IMG/VR virus record: IMGVR_UViG_3300009826_000007
Location: 1-52,618 of that record
DNA from: a virus
DNA length: 52,618 bases
Direction: 5' to 3' (one strand)
Positions 7,956 to 20,200 of the stretch are shown here, one piece after another (positions within the stretch are counted from its first letter, which is position 1; each line of letters opens with the position of its first letter). The notes beneath the pieces are model-generated. The model made no database searches. It was not told the DNA's origin and was given only the letters and a program-made list of their open reading frames with translations. Both the position numbers and the translations under genes were made by a program.

Positions 7956-9082
7956 TGACCGATGAACAGATAAAAAAATTACCTAACTCTTTACAAAAAA
8001 TTTTTCGCAATCTTGAATATCGGATAATCCGGCGAATATTAGAACATGTCAAGGCGATTGGTGAGTCCACGCCTTATAGCATAAATAAATTGTTGGAATT
8101 CAGAAAAATTGGAACAAACATTGACGCAATTGAGCAGGAAATAATGTCAACTATTAATGCCTCTTCAATCGAATTGCAGCGAGTTTTGGAGTGGGCAGCA
8201 AAACAAGAATATAATTATGTTAAAAAACATTCGGAAACATTCGGTATAGACCCCCCGGACTTCCAAAATAATATACCGCTACAGCAATTGATTGAACGAA
8301 TCTCAAATGTAACCGGGGGGTCATTTAGCAATATAAGTGGAGGCACCGCTATCGGTATGGTTGACCGTGCCGGAAACGTGCAAACGCTCACAAGTTTCTA
8401 CTATAATATAATCGATGATGCCATTTTAAAAATTAATTTAGGCAAAGAGGACTTCCCAACCGCTATGCGTAACGCAATTCGAAAAATGGCGGATGGCGGT
8501 ATCAGACAATTGACATGGGATTCTGGTTATACACAACGGATTGACACAGCAGTTAGGCGAAATATTCTTGGGGGTCTAGCTACTCTTTCCCTGCAACAAT
8601 CAGAATTGATAGCAGCACAATTGGGTGCTACCGGGATGGAAATATCATGGCATGATGGTTATAGACCTAGCCATGACTGGGGCGGTTTACAATTTCCAAT
8701 GGAAAAATGGCGGCAAGAAATAAAACCGCAAATGCAGGAACCAAATTGTTATCATCGTTCATTTGCTATATTCTACGGACTTTCCACGCCCGCACATTCA
8801 GCGGACGAGTTGGCAGCTCTACGCGCTAAAAATGAGAAAAAATTTGAATTCGAAGGTAAAATTTTCAATAGATATACAGCGGAACAGCGCCAACGCCAAT
8901 ACGAGGCAACGATACGAAAGGCGCAAGACCGCATTCATGCCTATGATGCCGTTGGCGATTTGGACGCTAAGAAACTAGAAAAAATTAAACTGAATCAATT
9001 GTTTGAAAATTATAAAAAGTTTTCCAAAAGTGTAAATCTTCCCACGCGATCACACCGTTACACAGGGGTCGGGGGAAGTTAA
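7952..9082 (+). CDS. Minor head/head-morphogenesis protein (SPP1 gp7 / Mu F-like by position)
   Basis: 376 aa with an ATGA overlap to the portal stop. This is the canonical position. Confidence 0.65.
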   Translation: MMTDEQIKKLPNSLQKIFRNLEYRIIRRILEHVKAIGESTPYSINKLLEFRKIGTNIDAIEQEIMSTINASSIELQRVLEWAAKQEYNYVKKHSETFGIDPPDFQNNIPLQQLIERISNVTGGSFSNISGGTAIGMVDRAGNVQTLTSFYYNIIDDAILKINLGKEDFPTAMRNAIRKMADGGIRQLTWDSGYTQRIDTAVRRNILGGLATLSLQQSELIAAQLGATGMEISWHDGYRPSHDWGGLQFPMEKWRQEIKPQMQEPNCYHRSFAIFYGLSTPAHSADELAALRAKNEKKFEFEGKIFNRYTAEQRQRQYEATIRKAQDRIHAYDAVGDLDAKKLEKIKLNQLFENYKKFSKSVNLPTRSHRYTGVGGS

Positions 9083-9158
9083 AAATTCGCTTGTGTGGAG
9101 CGTTAACCATGCAACCGGTCAAGGGTCGCAACCTTGTTCTACCAAATAGCGTTGCCGG

Positions 9159-9866
9159 ATGAAAGGTAAAATTATGACTAGAGATTTTTTGAAAGGTTTA
9201 GGAATTGACGATACAGCCATCGAAAAAATAATGACAGAACATGGTAAAACCGTTCAAGCAGAACAGGCAAAAAAAGGTGGGTTGACCGAGGAAGACGTGA
9301 CCAAGGCGGTTAATCATGCAAACAAAGACCTTAACGTAATAATCGAAGGTCTTAATGCGCAAATCATTACACTTACGAATCAAAAATCAGATTTAGACAA
9401 GATAATCAAGGAAGCGCCTAACCTAGACGAGGCAATAAAAAATGCTGTCGAAGAGGCTGGCAAGGCTCACAAAACGGCGATGGCTGAATTAGAAAAAGAG
9501 CATAATATTAAAACCGCGAACATGCAAAGGGATTCAGAAACTGCTGACTTTCTGCATAATTTAGGCAAAAAATTTATTACACCTGAAACAGAGACAATTT
9601 TCCGCCAACGTCTAAATGATGCATTATTAGACAAAGCCAACGAGGGCAAAAACAGAGCTGATATTTTTGCTGGATTAATCAAAGGCACAGACGGCAAAGA
9701 TAGAACCGATATTTTTGCGACAGACACCCCCCAAAATTCATTTATACAAGGATTGGGAGCGGCTGGCCCCGGTACGGGAACATTACCGGATGCAAACAAT
9801 GGGACGGGCGGAATAAAATTTAATTTTGCGGGCATTCGTGGCCGTGGAGGTAATGCGGATGCCTAA
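9159..9866 (+). CDS. Scaffolding protein
   Basis: 235 aa, charged and coiled-coil-like with a Gly-rich tail, directly before the capsid gene. An alternative start is at 9174. Confidence 0.7.
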   Translation: MKGKIMTRDFLKGLGIDDTAIEKIMTEHGKTVQAEQAKKGGLTEEDVTKAVNHANKDLNVIIEGLNAQIITLTNQKSDLDKIIKEAPNLDEAIKNAVEEAGKAHKTAMAELEKEHNIKTANMQRDSETADFLHNLGKKFITPETETIFRQRLNDALLDKANEGKNRADIFAGLIKGTDGKDRTDIFATDTPQNSFIQGLGAAGPGTGTLPDANNGTGGIKFNFAGIRGRGGNADA

Positions 9867-9884
9867 AACTGGAGGCATTTAATT

Positions 9885-10793
9885 TTGAATGAATTTAATA
9901 GACAGGCGTTAGAATACGCCATACAATACCAGGCAGCATTAGAACAGGAATACCCGTATGTATTGCATTTCTGGAATTTGCGAAATGCACCGGCAAACAG
10001 CACGTATAGGTGGACACACGGCAATACTATCAGAATTCCGACAGTGGCAACAAGCGGGCGCGTAGATTCTGACCGCGACATAATTACAGACGCAAGGCGA
10101 AACTATAATGTTACATGGAGGTCTTACGAGCTTAATTTTGAGAGAATTTGGAAGTCGCTCATTGACCCAATTGACATTGACGAAACAAACATGGCCGCAA
10201 CCATTAGAAATATTACACAAACTTTTAATGAGTCCCAGAAATTCCCAGAAATGGATGCATATTTAGTATCAAAATGTTATGCCGATTGGCTGGCATTGGG
10301 CGGCGTAGCCAATACACAAGCGGTAACCGCTGCTAACGTACTTTCCATTTTCCAGCAGTTTGTTGAGGAAATGGACGAGGGGCGGGTACCACCAACCGGG
10401 CGTGTACTTTACGTTACGCCACGGGTTAGCCGTCTTTTGCGGGAAGCAGATGCAATAGACCGTACAATTGAGTTACGAAACCGCGCAACCAGAATCACTA
10501 CAATGATTACTGACATTGACAGCGTGCGATTGGAAATGGTTCCAAGTAATTTAATGCGGACATTATATAATTTTACGAACGGGGCTAGACCTGCTGCAAA
10601 CGCCGGACAAATCAATATGTTTTTAGGCCATAACAGCGCGGTAGCTACGCCGGTTAAATATGAATTTGTAAATATTTCGGAACCTACCGCCATCACAGAC
10701 GGGAAATTTGTTTATTTTGAGCGCTCTTACGAGGATGTGTTTGTTTTACAACATAAGGTTGACGGATTAAAATTCAATGTGACAGCATCATAA
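9885..10793 (+). CDS. Major capsid protein
   Basis: 302 aa, following the scaffold gene. Assigned by size and position only. Confidence 0.8.
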   Translation: MNEFNRQALEYAIQYQAALEQEYPYVLHFWNLRNAPANSTYRWTHGNTIRIPTVATSGRVDSDRDIITDARRNYNVTWRSYELNFERIWKSLIDPIDIDETNMAATIRNITQTFNESQKFPEMDAYLVSKCYADWLALGGVANTQAVTAANVLSIFQQFVEEMDEGRVPPTGRVLYVTPRVSRLLREADAIDRTIELRNRATRITTMITDIDSVRLEMVPSNLMRTLYNFTNGARPAANAGQINMFLGHNSAVATPVKYEFVNISEPTAITDGKFVYFERSYEDVFVLQHKVDGLKFNVTAS

Positions 10794-10806
10794 GGGAGGA
10801 CATTAT

Positions 10807-10977
10807 ATGGACACAGTAAAAGTTATGAAGGGCAACCGGGAATATGATGTACCCCAAGAACAGCTAGAATGGTATCAAAGCCAGGGTTGGCAAAAGTCAG
10901 TACCTAAGCCTGAAACCAACGAAAAACCTGTAGCGGCAACGAAAAGGAACACGTCAATGCCCGGGCAGAATGGTTAG
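10807..10977 (+). CDS. 56-aa protein after the capsid gene (possible head decoration/unknown)
   Basis: GGGAGG lies 7 nt upstream of the ATG. Translates as MDTVKVMKGNREYDVPQEQLEWYQSQGW... It is below the track cutoff. Confidence 0.55.
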   Translation: MDTVKVMKGNREYDVPQEQLEWYQSQGWQKSVPKPETNEKPVAATKRNTSMPGQNG

Positions 10978-11422
10978 TTATAAAATTAATGTGTCGCGGG
11001 AAATGTATGAGGCACGTGGCTATTCTGCTATACCCGTAGACCGTTTTAAGACATTTATAACACGTGCCGGACTTTTTGCGCAAGAAAAAACGCTGGGGCG
11101 TGTCAAATGGAGTTTCGCCTCGCAAACGGAACCGACACAAGAGGACTACCCGGATTATAATATTGATGAATTTGAGGATGCATTTGATCTGCGGGAACAA
11201 AATATACATGGTATTTGCACTTTAGCTGACTTATATTTTCGTTCCGAGGCTGCGGTTGGGGAGTCTGGGGCAACACTTATCTCGTTTATCAATGAAGGAT
11301 ACCATGAAACCTATGAGGGATTGGCGCAAGGTGGATATATTGAATTGTTAAATCATCGACTGTCGAGTATTTTGTTTGCTCATTTTAGTGCAGAACAACT
11401 TTCTAGGCGGGTGATGTTATAA
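10970..11422 (+). CDS. Head-tail connector/adaptor protein
   Basis: 150 aa. Assigned by position in the head-to-tail joining block. Confidence 0.6.
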   Translation: MVSYKINVSREMYEARGYSAIPVDRFKTFITRAGLFAQEKTLGRVKWSFASQTEPTQEDYPDYNIDEFEDAFDLREQNIHGICTLADLYFRSEAAVGESGATLISFINEGYHETYEGLAQGGYIELLNHRLSSILFAHFSAEQLSRRVML

Positions 11423-11844
11423 TGTTGGGTGGCAATTCATTTATAACTATCTGGAATCGATACGAAAACAATCATTATAGACAGGAAATAAATGTTAAAT
11501 GTCGATTTACGCAAAAAACTCATAGAAGCGTTTCAAATTCCAATGAAATGAGGTCTGTCAATGTTTTCGGGACAATTGTCTGTAGGATACCCTACATGGA
11601 AAATTTTAAAATGCCGGAAAATTGGCAGGCGCTAGACGATGATGAACGCAAAAACTATTTTACCGTCCAAGTTGATGATTATATCGCGCTAGGAACCCAC
11701 GACTATGAGATTGGGCGCGGCGAAAATGCGGTTACAGTGCCAGAATTGCGCCGAAAAATAGGCTCGCAGTTAATGCAGGCGAAAACCGTCAAGTATAGTA
11801 CACAAACATTATTCGGAAAGCACATTCGAGTAGAGGGGGTATAA
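11422..11844 (+). CDS. Head closure / head-tail joining protein
   Basis: 140 aa, translationally coupled (the start overlaps the preceding stop). Confidence 0.55.
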   Translation: MLGGNSFITIWNRYENNHYRQEINVKCRFTQKTHRSVSNSNEMRSVNVFGTIVCRIPYMENFKMPENWQALDDDERKNYFTVQVDDYIALGTHDYEIGRGENAVTVPELRRKIGSQLMQAKTVKYSTQTLFGKHIRVEGV

Positions 11845-11846
11845 AC

Positions 11847-12218
11847 ATGGAAATTCGTGTAGAATGGAATGAGCCTATTGACGCGATCATAAACAGGCGC
11901 GTACTTCGAGACGGTAAAACGGCTCTTTTTATGGCAGAAACATGGAGACGTTTATACACCCCCTTTGTTCCGCGAGATCAAGGGCCGTTATACAACGATT
12001 CGGTTAGTGTGCATTCCGAGGGCGCAAAAGGATATATACACCACAATGTGCCGTATGCCAGATATATCTATTATGGTCATCAATTAAATTTCAGCAAGGC
12101 AAAACACCATTTAGCCGCTGCACAATGGGACATGGCGGCGCATAAAGCTGGCCGGAGTAAGGCACTTGTTAGCGACACGCAAGCATATATACAAGGGAGG
12201 AACACAGTTGGACGTTGA
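11847..12218 (+). CDS. Tail-completion/neck protein
   Basis: 123 aa with a GGGGG RBS. Assigned by position. Confidence 0.55.
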   Translation: MEIRVEWNEPIDAIINRRVLRDGKTALFMAETWRRLYTPFVPRDQGPLYNDSVSVHSEGAKGYIHHNVPYARYIYYGHQLNFSKAKHHLAAAQWDMAAHKAGRSKALVSDTQAYIQGRNTVGR

Positions 12219-12636
12219 TCGGGATGGTGCATTGTGGGAATGGGTATCCCGCCCGCCGGAACACGGAGAGGCATTATTGTTTGATTATTTACGCGGGGTC
12301 GAAGGTTCCTGTAGTATTGCGCCTGTTAGCGATGAAGTTGTTAGGCGATACATTAACGGTACAGTAGAACGATCCTACGCTTTTGCGCTACAAATAATTT
12401 TGCCGATGTCAGACACAAACGACAATCAAAATATTTCTAATATGGTTTTTACTCGTACCTGGCAAAGATGGGTAAAACAACAGGCAAAATCTGGCAGTTT
12501 CCCTGATTTCGGTGAACAATGTAGTAACTATAGGTTAGTTTCTGAAACAGCGCCAACATTAACACAAATGTATGATAATAACTTAGCAAAATATAGCTTT
12601 TATGCAACGATAAAGTATAGAGAGGAGGCAAGTTGA
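12208..12636 (+). CDS. Tail terminator-like protein
   Basis: Track ORF 12166..12636. The likely start is TTG 12208, preceded by AAGGGAGG. Confidence 0.55.
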   Translation: MDVDRDGALWEWVSRPPEHGEALLFDYLRGVEGSCSIAPVSDEVVRRYINGTVERSYAFALQIILPMSDTNDNQNISNMVFTRTWQRWVKQQAKSGSFPDFGEQCSNYRLVSETAPTLTQMYDNNLAKYSFYATIKYREEAS

Positions 12637-13250
12637 TGGCTGATCAAGGCACAAGTGCTATTATTAGAAATAATTTAGGCGATTTTTTGAATGTAGGTAC
12701 GTTTTCTACACCGCGATTTGTATTATTAGGCCCTGGTTTCACCGGATTGGATGAAAACCCCAACGCACAAGCAGAACAACGTGCATACATTTCTGACCGT
12801 TCGACATCCTCAATTATTCGAGGTTATGAGGCACAATTTCCGTTTACTGCTGATATGATGATTTCGAACGCGACAGAGGGAATAACGCGAATTTACGAGG
12901 TTGGGCGAAACCAGCGACAGGCAGCAGAGGCAGAATCCGAATATGTGCGGGTTGAAGTATTTATGCCGACCGGTATCCAAAATGTGCATCCTGCTCGTAA
13001 ATTTAGGGTAGCAATTGAGGTTACCGACATAGCAGGCGAAGGAACACAAATTATTGAAATGTCCGGAAATTTGAATGTTGTAGGCGATTTTACACCCGGT
13101 TGTATGAATATTGAAACCAAAATATTTTATCCCGGCGTAACATCACGAACCGATGCAGGCGTGGAAATTGTTACCGTGGAGGTGGGCGCTGCTACAGTTG
13201 TGTTGGAGAACGGGTTATTTGTTGTCGGCACACCGTTCGGGGGTGAGTAA
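12633..13250 (+). CDS. Major tail (tube) protein
   Basis: 205 aa, immediately upstream of the chaperone pair and the tape measure. Confidence 0.7.
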   Translation: MMADQGTSAIIRNNLGDFLNVGTFSTPRFVLLGPGFTGLDENPNAQAEQRAYISDRSTSSIIRGYEAQFPFTADMMISNATEGITRIYEVGRNQRQAAEAESEYVRVEVFMPTGIQNVHPARKFRVAIEVTDIAGEGTQIIEMSGNLNVVGDFTPGCMNIETKIFYPGVTSRTDAGVEIVTVEVGAATVVLENGLFVVGTPFGGE

Positions 13251-13255
13251 TACAT

Positions 13256-13603
13256 TTGGAAAAATTAACATTTACGATGGGGAAGCGCAAGACGCTCGAA
13301 GTCAATGGTGAAATTTACGATGTTTTATTAAATGATATTGAAGTTGCCGCAAAAGTTGTAGAAATCAAAAATAGGTATATGGAAATTTCTAAAAACGGTG
13401 AAGTCCAAGACGATGCCGAAATAGTGATTGATTTTATTTCGAATTTGATTTTGTGTGTAGATGAAATTTTAGGCGAGGGCGCGTTAAAGAAAATAACGCA
13501 AGGACAAACGCCCTCGTTTGCCGAATCCATCGAGTTGTTTAGACTGATAACAGAAGCCATAATTCGCATATACGAAAAAGATATAAAAACTAAGTATGCC
13601 TAG
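13256..13603 (+). CDS. Tail assembly chaperone (G-like)
   Basis: 115 aa, acidic. It is the first of two ORFs before the tape measure. Confidence 0.65.
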   Translation: MEKLTFTMGKRKTLEVNGEIYDVLLNDIEVAAKVVEIKNRYMEISKNGEVQDDAEIVIDFISNLILCVDEILGEGALKKITQGQTPSFAESIELFRLITEAIIRIYEKDIKTKYA

Positions 13604-14222
13604 ACAGCCATTTACGTTGTGGCGTTCTGTAGATAATACATTCCCGAAAAGCGTGTTGATAGCCGGACAAGAAACACCGATTAACTCGGACTTTCGAACG
13701 ATTTTAAAAATATTGAAAATTTATGAGGATAATGACGTTAATGATGTCCGTAAATTTTCGTTAATTTTAGAGTGGTTTTATCCTGTTATTCCGGTCGAAT
13801 ACGCAAACGAGGCACTAACCGCTTTAGTTGAGTTTGTTGCACCACCAAAAGAGGAATACTCTGACCCAATGCGTTCTGTATACATGAATAATCAGGAAAA
13901 ATTACGTAAAGAAAAGTCACAAAAATATTGTTTTGAGTTTGATGCCGAGGAAATATACATTTCTTTTTTGTATGATTATAAAATTGACCTTGTAGAAATT
14001 GAATATTTACATTGGTATAAATTTTTAATTATGTTTTCGAATCTATCCAAAGACACGCCGTTCCAGCGTAAAATGGAATTGCGTACAATGGATTTGAAAG
14101 ATTTTAAGGGCAAAGACCGGGCTAGAATGATGAAGGCGCAAAAGGCTGTGCAAATACCGCTAAAGCTTAGCACCGAGGAAATGGATCAAATGTCGAAATT
14201 GATAGAAACATTGATGTCGTAA
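13596..14222 (+). CDS. Tail assembly chaperone (T-like)
   Basis: 208 aa. It overlaps the end of the G-like ORF in the +1 frame and has a weak RBS of its own. Confidence 0.6.
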   Translation: MPRQPFTLWRSVDNTFPKSVLIAGQETPINSDFRTILKILKIYEDNDVNDVRKFSLILEWFYPVIPVEYANEALTALVEFVAPPKEEYSDPMRSVYMNNQEKLRKEKSQKYCFEFDAEEIYISFLYDYKIDLVEIEYLHWYKFLIMFSNLSKDTPFQRKMELRTMDLKDFKGKDRARMMKAQKAVQIPLKLSTEEMDQMSKLIETLMS

Positions 14223-14235
14223 TATATTTTGAGGA

Positions 14236-17200
14236 GTGAGTTTGTTGCAGGCAGATGGAAGTGTAATAATTGGAACCGAATTGGATACCCAAAATGTAGA
14301 AACTTCCATGAACAAACTTGGAACCAAGATCAAGACATGGGCAGCGGGTGCTGCGGCTGCATGGGCGGCGTTAAATGTTGCGGTTATCGCTACGGGTGAT
14401 GCTTTTGACGCGCCTATGGGAACCATCCAGGCGCAAACTGGGATGGCAGATGAGGCCATTGCACAATTGGGCTATCGCTTTCGTGATTTATCACAATTAG
14501 GCACACATTCCGCAACGGAGATAGCAACCGCATTCACAAAGGTAGCCACGCAAGGCCGAACAGTTGAAGAATCCTACAAATTAATGTCATACGCGCAAAC
14601 ATTGGCAAACGCCACAAGTTTCGAACTTAAACAGTCAACAGAGTTTTTAGGGTTGGCGTTAATGAAAACTGGGGCGGATGTTTCCAAGTCACAATCTTAT
14701 ATTGACACCTTTAGTCAGGTGGTTGCCTCGTCTGGCATGTCGCTAGGCAATTTGCAAAAGGCCGTAATAACGCTAGCGCCAACAATGAACGCGTCCGGCA
14801 AGTCCATAGAATACATGGGTGGAACATTAGCAACACTGTACAGAGGCGGTTTATATGGTGTTGCAGCCGGTCGTGGATTAGAGCAAATTTTCAATCAGTT
14901 AACTGGCCCCTCGGATGCAGCAGCCGCCGCCATGGATAGATTAGGCATTAGTATGTTCGATTCTACTGGAGCGGTTCGTCCTTTAAATGATGTCCTTTTG
15001 GAGGCTATGGACGCGCTTGACGATGTGGCTACAGAACAAGAACGTATTAATTTAGCACAGGATTTATTTAGCACTGTGTATGCCCGTGCGGTGTTTGATG
15101 AATTGAAGAATAATCGGGATGCATGGCAAGAAAATATTAAATTAATGTATGAGGCCGGAGACGCTTTTGATGGGATGGGGCAAGCGTGGGGTATGGCAGA
15201 AACTGCTGGGCTTGGGTTTAGCACGTCTTTAGGTTCAATCGGCCATGCGCTCCAGGATGTGTTCATTTCCTTATGGCATGTTAAAGAGGGCGCGAAAGTA
15301 GCATTGTTGGATACAATTGGTGAGGGGCTTTGGGTTTTAGCTAGGATGTTGCGCTCGGATGGCGAATTACATGGCGCTGTTCTAGCATTCGGTGCAATAA
15401 ATGAGGTAGTATTTAATGCTTTGATTGTATTGCTACGAGGAGTTATAGACATTGTAGTGTTCTTAATTCGCGCAATGGATTTTGGTAGTGCAATGGCCAC
15501 TTTGCAACCACTACAAGGGGCTATCGGCAATCTTTTTGATGCATTTTCAAATTTGATAACGGCTGTAGGCAATTTTATTACTGCCTTAATTGGCATTTCA
15601 GATTCAAATGCGCCCAGTTTTTTATCCCAATTGTTAGAGGTTATTGTTACATTGATAACTGCTGGTATTGAGATAGCCATCAACAAATTAAATCTGTTGC
15701 GGGAAACGCTTGGATTTATGACACAAGCAGTCCGAAATACATCGTTTGACGCTGGATTATTGGGCGATTTGTTCAAGGCGTTGTCCAATGTAATAGGGAC
15801 ATTGGTATCAGCGTTTGGCAATTTGTTATCAATAATCGGCGGCGCAATTATCAATGCAATATGGGATTTTAGTAAGGGTTTAGATTCAGGCGTTACATTG
15901 GGCGGAATACTTAATACTGTGATAGGCGCTCTTATAACAATTTTAGATATTTTTTCCAACGCAATAGAAGCTATTAACAGAATCCTAAGCGGGGCATTAC
16001 CACAAGCATTTGATGCAATTATTCAACTTGTAAAATCACTTGCAAGCGGTTTCTTAGGATTAGGGGAACACCTACCAACATTTCTAAACGTGATTACACA
16101 GGTTGCCTCTGTTGTTGGCGGTGCTGTGCTGTTAGCATTTGAGGCGTTAGTTAATATTGCGGTATTTTTATTGGATACACTAAATTTGTTATATCCGGTT
16201 GTCGCTATATTGGCAGCGAAATTCATCAAAGTAAAGGTTGTATCGAAAATCGTAACAATGTTTAACGCATTAAATATTGGTATGATGGCGAACAAAGTTA
16301 GCATGGTGGCATTATCTTCAAAGTTGGCATTATTTAAAAAAGGAGTTATTGCTAGTTTCGTGCCGCTTACAACTTTCACCGGAAAACTCACGACTGCGAG
16401 TAAAACAACCGGAATTTTTAGTATGGCGTTGGGAAAAGCTAAAGCTGCACTAACGGCTACAACCGCACTTTTCGTCAAAATTGCTGGGCCAATTGCGATT
16501 GCTGTTACTGCCATAGTTTTTTTTACGGATGCGTTTAGTAATTTGCATCCTATGGTGGGTGCTGTCACTGTGGCTTTGGCTGCATTTATTGCATCGTTTC
16601 AGTTATTAAATGCCAGTACAACCACCGTAACAGCAGTGAAAACCGCATTTACAACACTCTATGCGACAATAAAGGCGTTTAAACTTGCACCACTTATAGG
16701 ATATTTTACTGCACTTTTTGCGACTATGAAGACAAGCGTTGCTACTGTGGGTCTTCTAAACACAGTATTACACGGTCTTTCAGTTGCTTATATGGCGGTC
16801 AAAAAAGCTGCTATTAAATTTAAAGCTGTGTTATTGGCAAATCCTTTTGTTCTTGCGGCGGCGGCTGTTACAGCATTGGTAGTGGCGATAGGATATTTGA
16901 TAAAACGAAACATGACTGCAACAGAGGGATACGAGGATTTAGCGGCAATTTCCAGGGAAGCAGCACAGGCACAACAAGAATTTGAACGCAATGTCGAACA
17001 GGCATCCCATGCGGTAAATGATAACATTCGGGCGATTGATGAGCAGGCAGCACGCAACCAATATTTAACTGACACAATTGTATCATTAGCAAACGAACAG
17101 AACCGGACAGTCGGCGAAACTGTGCGAATGAATCGTTACATTGATGAATTGAATCAGGCTATTCCGGGACTTAATTTGGCTTTCGATGAGACCGAAAATT

Positions 17201-20200
17201 CGTTAAACCGCAGCACCCAAGCAATGCAATTATTCATTGATTCATCGCGAGCCATAGAATATTTAAACACGTTGGTGGAGGAAAGCAACCGCCTATCGGC
17301 TGAAAGAACCGAAATATCAGGGCGCGTAGCAGAAACAGAACAACGCTTGATCCAATTAAACGAACAACAGGATCAAGGGATTAGAAACCGCAACGCGAAT
17401 CAAATTGCGCTTAGCCAGGCGATTGTAGAGGCCGAGGCAACATTGGCACGATATAATGATATGCTGGGCAATAATACCCGTTCCCAAGATGGATTAACAC
17501 AACGCATTGACGAACAAATGGGTGTTGTTGGCCGTTTGAGGCAAGAACAAAACGAATTAATCCAAACTTTGGCCAACCAACAGGCGGCCATCCAAGCGTT
17601 GGAGGGTGTGCTAAATCAATACGCGAAGGTTGTCAGTGACACGTTCAAACAAGCATCCCAAGATTCCGAGGCAAGTGCAACTTCATTGCTTAACGACTTG
17701 CGAAAAGTTAACGCCGGATTAGAAAACAGCAGACAAGAGTGGGACTTGTTTGGAATGTATATGCAGCGAATTGAAAAGTTAGCAGCAGAATTAGACGTTA
17801 GTGACGAGGTTGTCAATGAGCTTCGCGGCATGGGACTCCAAGGATTACCAATTATACAAGATTTTGTCAACGATGGCGGCGGAATGCTCGAGGAAATGGA
17901 TCAAATTTTTAAAGATATTTCCGCTAACACAGTCCAGGCAGTAGCCAGTGAATTTTCAGCACTAGGCGATACAATGGATGACGCTATGGAGTTGGCTGCA
18001 CAGGCGATACAACAAAATGCGGCCATGGAAAATTCTATGGTAGAGGCCGTTGTCCAAGCGTTTGATGCCGCCAAAGATGCTGTTAAAACCAATGATCCAG
18101 CCAGTATTGGTATGGCTTTTGGTGATGGCGCGGTTGAGGGCCTGGAAAGTACGTATGGTGATTTGCGACAATCGGGCGAGGGTGCAGTTGATGAAATTGC
18201 GGAGGGAATGGAGTCCGCCGGGCTAATACGTTCTCCATCTAAACGAACAAAGACTATTGGCGAGTTTCTTGCCGAGGGGCTTGTGCAGGGGTTAGAACCA
18301 GGTAAAACTAAATCGCGCACTGTTGCAAAAGAAATAATCGAATCCATAACGACAACACTGGAAGGTCTATCCTTGGAAGCTACGGGCCGCCAAATAATGC
18401 AAGGATTAATTAACGGTATGAACGCAAAAATGGCGGATGTCCGGCGGATAGCAGCCGAAATTAGTGCTACCGTGGAAAATACTGTCAGAACATCCATGCA
18501 AATACATTCACCATCGCGAATCATGGAACGTATAGGCAATAACATTGTTGATGGTGTTGTTGTCGGCATTGATGCACTTCGCGGGGCCGCCGTTGGCGCG
18601 GCACAAAGAATGTCGGACGGGATAAAAGATGCTGCATCCGAATGGGTGGACGATTACGCAAACGCGACAGAAATTTTGATAAAGGATGAAATCGATAAGT
18701 GGGGCAATTTCCTTAATGCCTATGATGATCAAGCACAACGACAAAAAGAAATTGATCGCCAAAATTCGTTGTTTAGGATGGAAATAAGGCAAAATGACTT
18801 TTCTAACAATAAAGAATATTTAGAAAAAATGTTGGAGTCTACAAAACTCTCTAAATCAGAAGAAATTTTTTTGTTAGAGAATTTGGCTAGACATTACCTC
18901 AAAAATTCAGATGAGCGTATTAAAATTGAAACACGGTTGAGGGATAGACAGGCCGCCCTATTGGATGAAATTCATAAAAAACAACGAGATGTAATGGCCC
19001 AAATGCGACAGGCAGAAAACGAATATACACAGGCAGTCGAAAACCGGACACAAGCACTTTCCCGCACATTTAATATGCAGCGTGAATTGTCGTTGCAAGA
19101 AACAGGGGTTGATCGCAACCGGCAAGAGGTTGAAAGATTAACCGAGGTATATGACCGGAACCGAGCAGCATTGTCAGACGTTGTAGCAGAAATGATTGCG
19201 GCACAAGTTGCGGGGGAGGATTACACTGAAATAAATGAACGGTTGCAAGCAGCCCATCGCGATGTGGCTAATTCACACACAGAATTAACAACAGCAATGG
19301 AACGGTCTACCCAATCGCAGGCAACTATTTGGGCGAACAATTTGCAAGATCAAATCGATAATATGAACGACTGGGCCAACGAAATTGACAGATTAGCGCA
19401 AAAAGGTTTGTACGAGGGTTTGGTTGAACATATGCGGCAAATGGGGCCGGAATCAGTAAACTATCTACGTGAATTAAATAACTCATCGCGTGAAGAATTG
19501 GAAAGGTTGAGCCATCTCTACCAGGAGCAACACGCCACTGCTAGAAGAGTAGCGGGCGAAGAGCTTGTCGGATTAAGACAAGACACAAATGAGAGACTAA
19601 GAGAGCTTGCGGGTGATCTTGACCGATTGGGGCAACAAGAATTTCAAGCAGGTGGGCGCAATCTATCCCGGGGTATACAAGAAGGCATTCGAAGTGAACA
19701 AACCAACGTGCAAGCAGCAGGCAGGGAAACCGTTAACACATACGCCAATGCTGTGGGTCAATCAGGATCGCAACAAATGCCACAACAGGGACAACAATTG
19801 GTATCAAATGTAGCCCAGGGCGTTAACCAGGGATCGCCGCAAATGCGCAATGCAGCCGATTCGGTGACGCGACAATTCAAGGATTCAATGCGAAACGCTC
19901 AATTTCAGGCACAGGATACGGGTTCACAACTGGCACGGGGTGTTGCTGATGGCGTTGATCGCGGAGCATGGGGGATTAGATCGGCCATGGAGGCAGCAGC
20001 GAATAGTGCAGCATTGGCAGCAATGCGAGCTTTGAAGATTCGTTCTCCATCGCGGGTCGGTATATATATCGGTGATATGTTTTCGAAAGGTATCGCGGGC
20101 GGGATTGACAAAGGCGCTAAGGCGGTAGAATATGCAGTCGAACAGATTACTGACTACATGACTGCACTTGAATATCCTAATATGGAAAATATGTATAAAA

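Noticed and set aside
14895-18792. Long antisense ORFs inside the tape measure gene (for example 14895..15959, 16023..16568, 17901..18569)
   Set aside because: These are shadow ORFs of a long, compositionally biased gene. They have no RBS or operon context, and the sense-strand product has clear tape-measure motifs.
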